Origin: an uncultured Gammaproteobacteria bacterium
GTDB lineage: Bacteria > Pseudomonadota > Gammaproteobacteria > Xanthomonadales > SZUA-36
Reading direction: 5' to 3'
Assembly (NCBI GenBank): GCA_963753105.1
Contig: CAVWBD010000011.1
Coordinates: 11,802 to 75,801, forward strand
DNA length: 64,000 nt
Shown here: positions 18,438 to 27,226 of the stretch, piece by piece
Numbering within the stretch: position 1 is the first letter of the stretch
Layout of the letters: every line of letters starts with the position of its first letter
Program-made: the position numbers and the translations under genes
Notes under the pieces: generated by a model
The model's database searches: none
Told to the model about the DNA's origin: nothing
What the model saw: only the letters and a program-made list of their open reading frames with translations

Positions 18438-18651
18438 ACGTTAAATTGGTTTAATTTTCACCGATGCTTTGGGCTGGAAGCAGCTATCCGCGATTGAGCG
18501 AGGTATCCATCCGGTTCTGCCCAGAAAGCCGTCATTAAAATGTGTCCCAAACCGGTAGATAGGTTTGACGAGGTGTTCTTGTATTAACCAGGAGCTTGGT
18601 TACGACATACTCGTTTCACTAAAAAAAGGGGGGGGTCAGGAAATGGAGGGA

Positions 18652-19518
18652 TCAACCCTGCGCCAGCATCCACTTGCGCAGGCGGTTGGAATCACCGAAT
18701 GGCGTCAGTTTGCCGTAGGAATTGAGCAGTACGATTGACACCGGCTCGCCATCAATATTGGTCTGCATCACCAGGCAGCGGCCGGCCTCCATGATATAGC
18801 CTGTTTTGCTCAGCTCGATATCCCAGGTCTTGTTTTTTAGCAACCGGTTGGTATTGCCATATACCAGCGGGCCGCGCCGTGGATACGGGCGCACTTCGAT
18901 ACGCGTGGCGGTGCTGGCCTGCCTGATCAAGTCGTAATTCTTGGCTGCAGTGACCATCTTCATCAGGTCGCGCGCCGTGGAACGGTTCTTCACGCTCAGA
19001 CCGGCCGCGTCGGCAAAGTGACTGTCGTCCATTCCGAGCTCAGCAGCCTTGCGGTTCATGGCGGCGACGAATGCTTCTGTACCACCCGGCCAGTTACGGC
19101 CCAAAGCCGTTGCTGCCCGGTTTTCCGACGACATGATGGCCAACAGGATCATTTCACGCCTCGACAGAGAGGCGCCGTATTCCAGGCGTGAACCGGTCAG
19201 CTGCACCAGGTCACGGTCGGCCTTGGTGACGGTGATTTTTTCATCCAGGTCGAGATCGGAATCCAGGATGACCATGGCGCTCATCAGCTTGGTGATCGAG
19301 GCAATGGGGCGGATGGTGTCAACATCCTTGCCGTAGATGATTCCGCCCTCTGAATTTATAACCAGCACCGAGGCAGAGCGCAGTTTCGGATCACCCTCGA
19401 GATCAACGAAACGTGAAGCCTGCGCTGCGGGTGACAGCGATGCTATCAGTACTAAGCTCAATATGAATGAAGTTGCGCCACTCCGCCGCATGGTTCCTCT
19501 CGTTTTGCCGTTTTTCAC
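18652..19518 (-). CDS. pbpG: D-alanyl-D-alanine endopeptidase (PBP7/PbpG-like, class C low-MW PBP)
   Basis: Signal peptide plus the SITK, SSEN and KTG motifs in canonical order. Confidence 0.85.
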   Translation of the reverse strand: MKNGKTRGTMRRSGATSFILSLVLIASLSPAAQASRFVDLEGDPKLRSASVLVINSEGGIIYGKDVDTIRPIASITKLMSAMVILDSDLDLDEKITVTKADRDLVQLTGSRLEYGASLSRREMILLAIMSSENRAATALGRNWPGGTEAFVAAMNRKAAELGMDDSHFADAAGLSVKNRSTARDLMKMVTAAKNYDLIRQASTATRIEVRPYPRRGPLVYGNTNRLLKNKTWDIELSKTGYIMEAGRCLVMQTNIDGEPVSIVLLNSYGKLTPFGDSNRLRKWMLAQG

Positions 19519-19539
19519 GCCAGGTGGCGCGCCACGCTG

Positions 19540-20229
19540 TTATGGTTTCAACAGGGTGATTTTGTCTTTGTCCACCTTGATCAGGCGTTGTTTATATAGT
19601 TTACCGAGGGCCTTCTTGTAATTGCCCTTGCTGACTCCGTACTCATTATATATGGCCTCGGGCGGACTGTAATCCGTCAGTGGTGAAACACCCCCGTTGG
19701 CTTCCAGATGGGCCAGGATCCGGCTGGCCAGGTCTTCGCGGGCTTCCTGCGTCTGGCGTTGCAGGGCCAGGTCAATTTTCCGGTCTTCGCGGATGGTCTT
19801 GATGAAGCCAGTGGTCCTGTCACCCGGCTGCAGTTTTTGAAAAACTTCGCCGCGGTACAGTAAACCCAGGTGGGTGCCGTTGATCACCGCCTTGTAACCG
19901 AGTCCGGTCTCGCCGACGATCAGCAGGTCCACTGCTTCGCCCGGCGCCATGTTCTTGGCCCGTTCGTCGAGGAAGTTGTGCAGCTTGGTGGTGCCAATGA
20001 CCTGGTCATTGGGGTCGAGGAACAGGTGGACCACGTAGGATTTACCCTCGACGATGGGCGAAAGTTGCTGGCTGATGGGCACCAGCAGGTCCCGCTCCCC
20101 GCCCCAGTCCATGAAGGCGCCGGCCCTGGTGACGGTAACGGCTTTTAAAAAGACGCACTTACCTATGAGGGCTTGTGATGTTTTTTCGGACTTACCGCTA
20201 GTCTTGGATTTGGTCGTAAATGATTGCAT
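19540..20229 (-). CDS. S1 RNA-binding domain protein (CvfB/YitL family)
   Basis: Repeated S1-like barrels (GAFMDWGGERDLLVP..., GLGYKAVINGTHLGLLY...) and a C-terminal winged-helix-like tail, as in CvfB/YitL. Confidence 0.75.
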   Translation of the reverse strand: MQSFTTKSKTSGKSEKTSQALIGKCVFLKAVTVTRAGAFMDWGGERDLLVPISQQLSPIVEGKSYVVHLFLDPNDQVIGTTKLHNFLDERAKNMAPGEAVDLLIVGETGLGYKAVINGTHLGLLYRGEVFQKLQPGDRTTGFIKTIREDRKIDLALQRQTQEAREDLASRILAHLEANGGVSPLTDYSPPEAIYNEYGVSKGNYKKALGKLYKQRLIKVDKDKITLLKP

Positions 20230-20344
20230 GGTTCAAGGGTAGCGCACTTCTTACCTTACAAACTAGCCCGATCGCACGTCGGGGCCAGAGGTCGATTGAA
20301 ATCTGCAGCCCTGAGGAAACGAAAGGGAAATATGCAATTCAGGT

Positions 20345-21085
20345 GTGGAAACACTTATCATGCATGGCGATTACTTTTCACATTATGAAAGGCGTCACCA
20401 CAATATGAGACATTGGACCCAAATCGGCGAGGCACCGATTCCGGATACTGGGCAGACGCTTTTCCTGTTCCAGGGCAAAGACGATTTCTTCATCAAGATT
20501 TCTGGTAGTGGTGAATTGATGAGCACCCGCAAACACGGTTCCGAAGACGCTCTTGGCAGCATGCCGTGTAAACGGCTAAAGCAGCCAGAGAAGGCCCGCG
20601 TACTGATTGGTGGTCTTGGCATGGGGTTCACGTTGGCCGCTGTCCTTGCTGCCGTGGGTTCAAAAGCGGAAGTAACCGTGGCGGAGCTGATCCCCGAGGT
20701 CGTGGAGTGGAACCGCGGTCCACTGGGTGAGCGAAGTGGCAATCCTTTGTCCGATCCCCGTACGAAGGTCCATGTCGGGGACGTGGCAAATCTATTGAGA
20801 CAAAGCAAGGCACGCTTCGATGTCATTGCACTGGATGTCGATAATGGGCCTGAAGGACTGACCAAGAGCGCCAACGACTGGCTCTACTCCAGTGCGGGGA
20901 TCTTCGCTGCCCAACAGGCGTTGACAGGACCAGCCGGTATCGTAGCCTATTGGTCGGCGGGTCCGGATCCGGCATTCCGGGAGAGGCTCAGGCGTTGTGG
21001 TTTCATGGTTGATGAGGTCAAGGTGTACGCCCATGGCAGGAAAGGTGCACGGCACACCATCTGGCTGGCCAGCATTGAAGGGTGA
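20345..21085 (+). CDS. spermidine synthase-like (PABS fold) methyltransferase-family protein
   Basis: VLIGGLGMGFTL...VTVAELIPEVVEW...DPR..V.VGDV...FDVIALDVDNGP resembles spermine/spermidine synthase-like proteins. The exact start is uncertain because there are several in-frame Met codons. Confidence 0.65.
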   Translation: METLIMHGDYFSHYERRHHNMRHWTQIGEAPIPDTGQTLFLFQGKDDFFIKISGSGELMSTRKHGSEDALGSMPCKRLKQPEKARVLIGGLGMGFTLAAVLAAVGSKAEVTVAELIPEVVEWNRGPLGERSGNPLSDPRTKVHVGDVANLLRQSKARFDVIALDVDNGPEGLTKSANDWLYSSAGIFAAQQALTGPAGIVAYWSAGPDPAFRERLRRCGFMVDEVKVYAHGRKGARHTIWLASIEG

Positions 21086-21166
21086 GCATTTCATACCAAT
21101 ATAAATTTACTTGTTGTCCATCAGCAGGCAGAGGATTAACCGGCTTGCCAAACGAGGTCAAAGATC

Positions 21167-21520
21167 GTGCATGAAATGGCAATATGCCAGGGCTTGATGA
21201 ACCAGGTCGAGCAGATCGCCAGGGAAAAGGGCGCCAGCCGGGTGGAGCACATCGTGCTCTCCATCGGGCCGCTGGCGGGTGTCGAGCCGGAACTGCTCAG
21301 CCGTGCTTTCGAAGTGGCGCGCGCTGACACGGTCGCTAATGATGCCGAACTCGAAATTGAAACCGGCCCGGTCGTGGTCGAATGCCGCAGTTGCGGGACC
21401 AGGGGCGAGGCGAAAGTCAACCGTCTGTTATGCCCCTCATGCGGTGATTGGAAGGTAAACCTGGTGCAGGGTGATGAGCTGCTACTTTTGCGTCTCGAGG
21501 TCAGCGGGGTTCCTGACTGA
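21167..21520 (+). CDS. hypA: hydrogenase nickel-insertion protein HypA
   Basis: GTG start giving the MHEMAICQGL N-terminus (MHE Ni-binding motif). Zn site CRSCG...CPSCG. 117 aa. Confidence 0.9.
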   Translation: MHEMAICQGLMNQVEQIAREKGASRVEHIVLSIGPLAGVEPELLSRAFEVARADTVANDAELEIETGPVVVECRSCGTRGEAKVNRLLCPSCGDWKVNLVQGDELLLLRLEVSGVPD

Positions 21521-21673
21521 GTCGTGCAGTTTTGCCTATGTCATTTGAGTGAATTTACCTAGGTAATTCAAGCAGTTTCGCTTCACCCACAGCACCCAGA
21601 CCTTAATGATACGCCGGGCCAATACAAAGGCTAAATAGTTTTATTTCCGTTAGCACAGAAATCGAAAATTTAA

Positions 21674-21715
21674 TTGATCTGGGTCAATTAAAAATGGATT
21701 TTCGCGACAGATAAT
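21674..21715 (+). promoter_or_regulatory. putative class II FNR/CRP-family-dependent promoter of the hydrogenase operon
   Basis: TTGATctggGTCAA (21674..21687) matches 9/10 of the TTGAT-N4-ATCAA consensus and sits inside a longer palindrome TTAATTGATC..GTCAATTAA. GATAAT (21710..21715) lies where a -10 would be if the box is centred at -41.5. The ATG is at 21746. Confidence 0.5.
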
Positions 21716-21745
21716 CCGACTCTAATCAGTACGGAACCAGCGGAC

Positions 21746-22822
21746 ATGAAATGGACGATTAGTGGTTCGAGTAATCTTGATGAAGTCCTGGCCTTTTTGG
21801 CAAACGGTCGCCAAACTTTTGCCCTGGAAAGCCTCGAAAACGACACCTACCGACTGGTACAGGCAGACGCATGGCAACCCGGCCTGCACACACTGGGAGA
21901 ATTCAGACAAACAGAGCCCTTGAAGGCTCTGTTTTTCCCTGCGCGCGAATTTATCGGCCGCTGGGGTGAGCCTGCCGGCCGCGAGCCGATGCCGGAGCGT
22001 ATCGTTTTTGGTGTGAAAAACTGCGACCTGTCTTCTTTGGCCATATTTGACCACGTTTTCCTGCATGGCGTGGATAAGGACACCTATTACGCCGAAGCCC
22101 GTGACAAGACCATCCTGGTCTCGAGTGATTGCGGCAGCCAGCTGGATGTGTGTTTTTGCACGGCGGTTGGTGAACAGCCTTATGCGCGACAGGGCTTTGA
22201 CATCAATATCGCTTCCACGCCGGACGGTTATGTCATCGAGTCCGGTTCAGAGCGTGGCCAGGCACTGTTGGAAGGCGCCGGGGATGTCCTTGAGCCGGCC
22301 AGCGATGTGTTGGTCGAAACACTTGAAAAACAGAGGGCCGGACGTTATGCGGAACTCGCCGAACAGGGCAGTGCACACGGGCTGAGTTCCGGCATGGATT
22401 TCCGCGCAGCGATTGAGGGTGCGTTCGAATCCGGCTTGTGGGCCGATTTCGCCGTGGACTGTGTCGAGTGCGGCGCCTGCAACTTTATCTGTTGTACCTG
22501 CCACTGTTTCCTGCTGGCCGATGGCCTGGACGCGGATGGCAAGGCGGCACGTACCAAGTTATGGGACGCCTGCCTGTATTCCGGTTTTGCAGCTGTCGCC
22601 GGTGGTGGCAATGCCCGGCCGTTACGTGCGGAGCGTCTGCGTAATCGCTTTGACAAGAAGTTCAGTTATTTCCCACAGGTCATGGATCGCTATGCCTGTG
22701 ACGGGTGCGGGCGCTGTACAGAGGCCTGCATAGCCAATATTGATATCCGAGATGTATTAAGGAGGGCTGTCGATGTATCCGACACTCTACATGCCCATTC
22801 CAGCGACCATCGAGCGGATTGA
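21746..22822 (+). CDS. HydB/AsrA-like iron-sulfur subunit (sulfhydrogenase beta / anaerobic sulfite reductase A family)
   Basis: 358 aa. Cys clusters CVECGACNFICCTCHC and CDGCGRCTEACIANIDI. Size and layout match the beta subunit that partners the FAD/NAD(P) gamma subunit. Confidence 0.75.
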   Translation: MKWTISGSSNLDEVLAFLANGRQTFALESLENDTYRLVQADAWQPGLHTLGEFRQTEPLKALFFPAREFIGRWGEPAGREPMPERIVFGVKNCDLSSLAIFDHVFLHGVDKDTYYAEARDKTILVSSDCGSQLDVCFCTAVGEQPYARQGFDINIASTPDGYVIESGSERGQALLEGAGDVLEPASDVLVETLEKQRAGRYAELAEQGSAHGLSSGMDFRAAIEGAFESGLWADFAVDCVECGACNFICCTCHCFLLADGLDADGKAARTKLWDACLYSGFAAVAGGGNARPLRAERLRNRFDKKFSYFPQVMDRYACDGCGRCTEACIANIDIRDVLRRAVDVSDTLHAHSSDHRAD

Positions 22823-23603
22823 GGACGAAACGCCTGATATAAAGACGTTTACGATTCGTCCGGTAGAGCCGGTACCGTTTGCGGCCGGCCAGTTCGTCGA
22901 ACTGGCGGTCCCAGGTATCGGTGAGGCGCCGTTCACACCATCCTCTTCACCAAAGATTTCAGAGAACATGGAAATCACCATCATGCGCACCGGGCGGGTG
23001 ACCGACTGGCTGCACAATATGAAGGAAGGTGACGAAGTGGGTGTGCGCGGGCCGATGGGACGGGCCTATCCGATCGAGGCCTTTCACGGCCGTGAAATCC
23101 TGATTGTTGGGGGCGGTTGCGGCGTGGGTCCGTTGCGTAGCCTGTTACTGGCATTGATCGAAGACCTGGACGCTTATTCCCGCATCATCGTGCGTTATGG
23201 CGCAAAGACACCGGACAGCATCGTCTTTCGGGATGCGCAGATGAACGGATGGCATCACAAGGATGCGATGGACGTGATGCTGACGGTCGATGAGGCCAGC
23301 AATGGCTGGGACGGCCACGTCGGTGTGATCACCGACATCCTCGAGGAGGATTATCTCGACTGCCACGCCAGTGACGGCATTGCCGTCATGTGCGGCCCGC
23401 CCATCATGATGAAGTACGGAACCGAAAAGCTACTGCAACGCGGTTACCGGCCGGAAAACATTTACCTGTCCATGGAGAAAAACATGAGTTGCGGCATTGG
23501 CCAGTGCGGTCATTGCCGTATGGGCGTTTATTACTGCTGCAAGGACGGACCGGTGTTCACCTACGACGAAGTTCAATCTGACCCGAGGGTGTGGGATGAC
23601 TGA
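22773..23603 (+). CDS. HydG/AsrB-like FAD/NAD(P)-binding oxidoreductase with C-terminal [2Fe-2S]
   Basis: Ferredoxin-reductase-type FAD/NAD(P) fold (FTIRP...GQFVEL..., ILIVGGGCGVGPLRSL). C-terminal CGIGQCGHCRMG...C motif. AGGAGG 7 nt upstream of the ATG. 50-nt overlap with the upstream gene. Confidence 0.8.
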   Translation: MYPTLYMPIPATIERIEDETPDIKTFTIRPVEPVPFAAGQFVELAVPGIGEAPFTPSSSPKISENMEITIMRTGRVTDWLHNMKEGDEVGVRGPMGRAYPIEAFHGREILIVGGGCGVGPLRSLLLALIEDLDAYSRIIVRYGAKTPDSIVFRDAQMNGWHHKDAMDVMLTVDEASNGWDGHVGVITDILEEDYLDCHASDGIAVMCGPPIMMKYGTEKLLQRGYRPENIYLSMEKNMSCGIGQCGHCRMGVYYCCKDGPVFTYDEVQSDPRVWDD

Positions 23604-24096
23604 TGCAAGCTTTAAACGGTTGATTATCGACCTGGAAAAATGTGATCAGTGCGAATCCTGCGTCGTGGACTGCGGGTACTACAACCGGCCACATGCGAAA
23701 GAGAATGGCCTGTCCTGGTTGCGCCAGAAAGCAACCTTCGCCGTGATCTGCCGCCGCTGCGCCCAGGCGAGTTGTATTGATGCCTGTGCTTTTGAAGCGC
23801 TGGACCGTGGCGATGACATGGTCCTGCAACGCCATAATATGCGTTGCGTCAGTTGCAAGATGTGTGCACACGCCTGTCCATTCGGCACGATTTACACGGA
23901 TATGCTGGCTTTCTACGAGGTCAACTGCGACGCCTGTCTCGCGAACCGCGACGAGGCGCCGGCCTGCGTGGCCAGTTGTCTTCACGGCGCACTGGAGTAC
24001 CGCGATACGGATCCTTCCGAAGCCGGTATCCATATTGTTGACGAGAACCTGGCCGTTCGTGCCAAGGGCTGGGTGAGAATGGAGGCGGCATCATGA
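23596..24096 (+). CDS. HycB/HydN-like poly-[4Fe-4S] ferredoxin subunit
   Basis: Four Cys groups: CDQCESCVVDC, CRRCAQASCIDAC, CVSCKMCAHACP, CDAC...CVASC. ATG overlaps the upstream stop (ATGACTGA). Confidence 0.8.
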   Translation: MTDASFKRLIIDLEKCDQCESCVVDCGYYNRPHAKENGLSWLRQKATFAVICRRCAQASCIDACAFEALDRGDDMVLQRHNMRCVSCKMCAHACPFGTIYTDMLAFYEVNCDACLANRDEAPACVASCLHGALEYRDTDPSEAGIHIVDENLAVRAKGWVRMEAAS

Positions 24097-25019
24097 AAGG
24101 GAACATGGTGATAGTCGAGTTCCTGTTGTTTCCCGGCTTGTTGTTTACGGCCATCGCCGGCCTGCTGACCAGCTGGGTGGACCGCAAGGTAACCGCATTG
24201 GTGCAGATGCGCGTGGGACCACCGCTGCTGCAACCCTTCCACGATATCCGCAAGCTTTTCATAAAGGAAACCTGTGTGCCCGAGAACGGCGCCATTGGTA
24301 CGTTCCTGCTGGCCCCTTTGCTGGGCCTGGCGGCAGTAGCACTGGCGTCGATGATCCTGTGGCGTACGCTGCTGGATGCCGAGGCCACCTTCGTCGGTGA
24401 CCTGATCGTGCTGATCTACCTGCTGGTGATGCCGGCCCTGGGTGTCATGCTGGGTTCTTTTGCCTCCCGCAATCCACTGGCCTCGCTCGGTGGCAGCCGT
24501 GAAGTCAAGTTGATGATCGCCTACGAGTTGCCGATGGTGCTGGCCATACTGGTGCCGGTCATCCAGGCGGGAAGTATCCGCCTCGGCGACCTGCTGACCA
24601 GCCAGGCACCGATCCTGAGTATTTCCGGTGTGCTGGCGCTGCTGGTTTCGATCGCCTGTATGCAGGCCAAGCTGACCATCGTGCCGTTCGACATGCCGGA
24701 AGCAGAAACCGAGCTCAGCGGCGGTGCCTTGATCGAATATTCCGGACCACCGCTGGCGATGTTCAAGCTGACCCGGGCGATGATGTTGTTCACGCTTCCG
24801 GTGTTGCTGGTCGTACTGTTTTTTGGTGGCCTGCTGACAGGCCCGGTTTGGCAGCGCTGGTTGATCGGCTTCCTCGTGTGGTTCGTACTGGTGGCCATCA
24901 CCATCGTCTTGAGAAATACCACCCCGCGGGTGCGTATCGACCAGGCCGTGCGCTTTTTCTGGGGGCCGGTCAGCGTCGTGGCCCTGCTCGCGGTCGTACT
25001 GGCCTGGCTGGGTTGGTGA
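24093..25019 (+). CDS. NuoH/HycD/MbhM-like membrane subunit of group-4 hydrogenase
   Basis: 308-aa polytopic protein. LTSWVDRKVTALVQMRVGPP... matches the complex I subunit 1 family N-terminal signature. ATGA overlap with the upstream gene. Confidence 0.85.
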   Translation: MKGNMVIVEFLLFPGLLFTAIAGLLTSWVDRKVTALVQMRVGPPLLQPFHDIRKLFIKETCVPENGAIGTFLLAPLLGLAAVALASMILWRTLLDAEATFVGDLIVLIYLLVMPALGVMLGSFASRNPLASLGGSREVKLMIAYELPMVLAILVPVIQAGSIRLGDLLTSQAPILSISGVLALLVSIACMQAKLTIVPFDMPEAETELSGGALIEYSGPPLAMFKLTRAMMLFTLPVLLVVLFFGGLLTGPVWQRWLIGFLVWFVLVAITIVLRNTTPRVRIDQAVRFFWGPVSVVALLAVVLAWLGW

Positions 25020-25037
25020 ATCCATGAGGATGAATTT

Positions 25038-25535
25038 ATGAGCAATGCAATCAACGCACTGACACGTTCACTGAATGTATTCCACCTGGCAGGCAGCGCC
25101 TGTAATAACTGTGATATCGAGATACTCGATGCACTGACACCGAAATACGACCTGGAGCGTTTTGGTATCACCCTGGTCGGCAGTATCCGTCACGCGGATG
25201 TGCTGCTGATGTCGGGTATTTTTAACCGCAAATCCGCCATACGTGCGCAGGAACTGATTGCGCAGGCACCCAAACCCTACCTGGTGATTGCGATTGGTGG
25301 ATGTCCAGCCACCGGCCTGATGTGGCGCGAGTCCTACAACTGGGATCGCCCGCCAGGTGAGTTCGTCAAAATCGATGCCTTTGTGCCCGGCTGTCCACCG
25401 AAACCCGAAGCAATGATCAGTGCCGTGGTCAAGGTCGTTGGCGCGTTGCGCAGTGGGGACCTGGTGCCCGGATGCCTGCAGGAGACCGATACAGTAGTGG
25501 ATGAACCCGCTATTGAGACGGCGGGTGGCGTGTGA
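25038..25535 (+). CDS. NuoB/HycG/MbhJ-like [NiFe]-hydrogenase small subunit
   Basis: [4Fe-4S] ligands CNNCDIE..., GGCP, PGCPP, as in the NuoB family. Confidence 0.9.
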   Translation: MSNAINALTRSLNVFHLAGSACNNCDIEILDALTPKYDLERFGITLVGSIRHADVLLMSGIFNRKSAIRAQELIAQAPKPYLVIAIGGCPATGLMWRESYNWDRPPGEFVKIDAFVPGCPPKPEAMISAVVKVVGALRSGDLVPGCLQETDTVVDEPAIETAGGV

Positions 25536-25999
25536 TGAAAGATAAAGAGGACGTCATGAGCATTGAGACTGTCTTGCATGCGATGCAGGAGAAATTTGGT
25601 GACGAGGTGCTGGCGTACCAGCAGAAATCACGGCGGCTTTACATCGATATCGCAGCAAAGGTGATTAAGGATGCCAGCCTGCTGATGATCAATGAGTTCA
25701 AGGCGCGCTTCCAGATCGCCACCGGCGTGGATACCGAGGCGGGATTCGAGGTGATGTACCACTGGGCACTGGATGACGACGATTTTGTCGTCACCATCAG
25801 GGTCGTACTGGAGCACGCTGCACCACAGGTGGATTCAATTGCCCTGGTCTGTCCCGCTGCCGAGTGGATCGAAAGGGAAATGTGGGAGTTGCTGGGGATC
25901 GAGTTCACTGGCCACCCGGACATGCGGCACCTGCTGCTCGCCGATGAGTGGCCGGAAGGCAAATACCCCATGCGCCGTGACTACGAGGCGACACCATGA
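25532..25999 (+). CDS. NuoC/MbhK-like (30 kDa) subunit
   Basis: 155 aa. ...WIEREMWELLGIEFTGHPDMRHLLL... is the conserved NuoC motif. Start overlaps the upstream stop. Confidence 0.85.
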   Translation: MMKDKEDVMSIETVLHAMQEKFGDEVLAYQQKSRRLYIDIAAKVIKDASLLMINEFKARFQIATGVDTEAGFEVMYHWALDDDDFVVTIRVVLEHAAPQVDSIALVCPAAEWIEREMWELLGIEFTGHPDMRHLLLADEWPEGKYPMRRDYEATP

Positions 26000-27216
26000 G
26001 CAAGCGGACCATCATACCCATCGGCCCTTACCATGCCCTGCAGGAGGAACCCGAGTTCTTCAAATTGCACGTCGAGGGTGAGAAGGTTGTGCACCTCGAT
26101 ATCGAGCTGGGCTACAACCACCGCGGCATCGAGAAATTGTCGGAGTCAAAGACCTTCGAGGAGACCGTTTTCCTGGTCGAGCGCATCTGTGGTATCTGCT
26201 CGACCTCGCACCCGCTGGCCTGTGTGCAGGCGGCCGAAGATGCCGGTGACATACCGGTGCCCGAGCGGGCCCTGTTTATCCGCACCGTGGTGGGTGAGCT
26301 GGAACGTATCCATTCGCACCTGTTGTGGCTCGGACTGGCCGGGCATTTCCTCGGCTTCAACACCATCTGGATGTGGGCCTGGCGTTTTAGAGAAGACGTA
26401 CTCAACATCCTCGAACTGATCACAGGCAACCGCAACCACTACGGCATGATGAAACCCGGTGGTGTACGCCGGGACATCAATAACACCGACCTGCCGGCGA
26501 TCGCCAAGCTGGCCGACGGCCTCAAGGACCCCATCAAGATGTTCCGTGACGCGGTCGTGCAGGACCCCTTGATCCACGCACGCACCAAGGGGATCGGCAT
26601 CCTGAGCCTTGAACAGGCCATTGCCTATGGCGCACTTGGCCCGACGGCACGCGCCTCGGGTTATGCCATCGATGTACGGCGCGACCACCCGCACGCGGCC
26701 TATGGCCTGGTTGATTGGGATGTCGTGACCTGCGAGGGCGGTGACGTATTCGATAAGGCCGTGGTACGTATCCTCGAGATGTTCGAGTCCATACGCATCA
26801 TCGAACAGTGCCTTGAGCAACTGGAGAAGGTCGGTGGTTCCGTTGACTCTGCCCCCAAGTTCGTGGCGGCAGGGGAGGGTATTGGCCATTACGAGGCACC
26901 GCGTGGTGAAGTATTCCACTACGTGCGCAGCGATGGCAGCAACCGCCCCATACGGCACAAGGTGCGTGCACCGAGTTTCATGAACGTGCCCACCAACCGG
27001 GAAACCGTTCTTGGTGCGACAGTGGCCGACGCCACGATCATCCTGGCCGCGGTTGACCCGTGTTATTGCTGCACGGAGCGCATGGCCGTGGCCGTGGACG
27101 GTGACAGCGGTGAACGCTTGCTGGGTGCGCGTGACCTGATCCGCCTGTCCTGTGAAAAAACTGACCGCCTGATGGCGGATTCCGGCCTGCAAGGGCCGTC
27201 ATTGCCGATTGATTGA
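25996..27216 (+). CDS. group-4 [NiFe]-hydrogenase large (catalytic) subunit, NuoD/HycE/MbhL-like
   Basis: N-terminal RICGICSTSH (26182..26211) and C-terminal DPCYCCTER (27055..27081) Ni-Fe ligand motifs are both intact. A 44-aa C-terminal extension follows the Arg. Confidence 0.9.
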   Translation: MSKRTIIPIGPYHALQEEPEFFKLHVEGEKVVHLDIELGYNHRGIEKLSESKTFEETVFLVERICGICSTSHPLACVQAAEDAGDIPVPERALFIRTVVGELERIHSHLLWLGLAGHFLGFNTIWMWAWRFREDVLNILELITGNRNHYGMMKPGGVRRDINNTDLPAIAKLADGLKDPIKMFRDAVVQDPLIHARTKGIGILSLEQAIAYGALGPTARASGYAIDVRRDHPHAAYGLVDWDVVTCEGGDVFDKAVVRILEMFESIRIIEQCLEQLEKVGGSVDSAPKFVAAGEGIGHYEAPRGEVFHYVRSDGSNRPIRHKVRAPSFMNVPTNRETVLGATVADATIILAAVDPCYCCTERMAVAVDGDSGERLLGARDLIRLSCEKTDRLMADSGLQGPSLPID

Positions 27217-27226
27217 AGAGATTAAT

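Noticed and set aside
21746-23603. Interpretation of the first two operon genes as anaerobic sulfite reductase AsrAB
   Set aside because: No AsrC (siroheme catalytic subunit) gene follows. The genes are translationally linked to hydrogenase subunits instead, so they more likely serve as an electron-transfer/diaphorase module.
23982-25025. 347-aa ORF on the minus strand, antisense to the NuoH-like gene
   Set aside because: The translation is low-complexity and rich in Q/H/R/G/D, with no motif. It is a typical shadow ORF opposite a GC-rich membrane-protein gene whose own translation is clearly family-like.
26146-27192. 348-aa ORF antisense to the hydrogenase large-subunit gene
   Set aside because: The plus-strand product carries unambiguous NiFe motifs. 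The antisense translation has no recognisable features.
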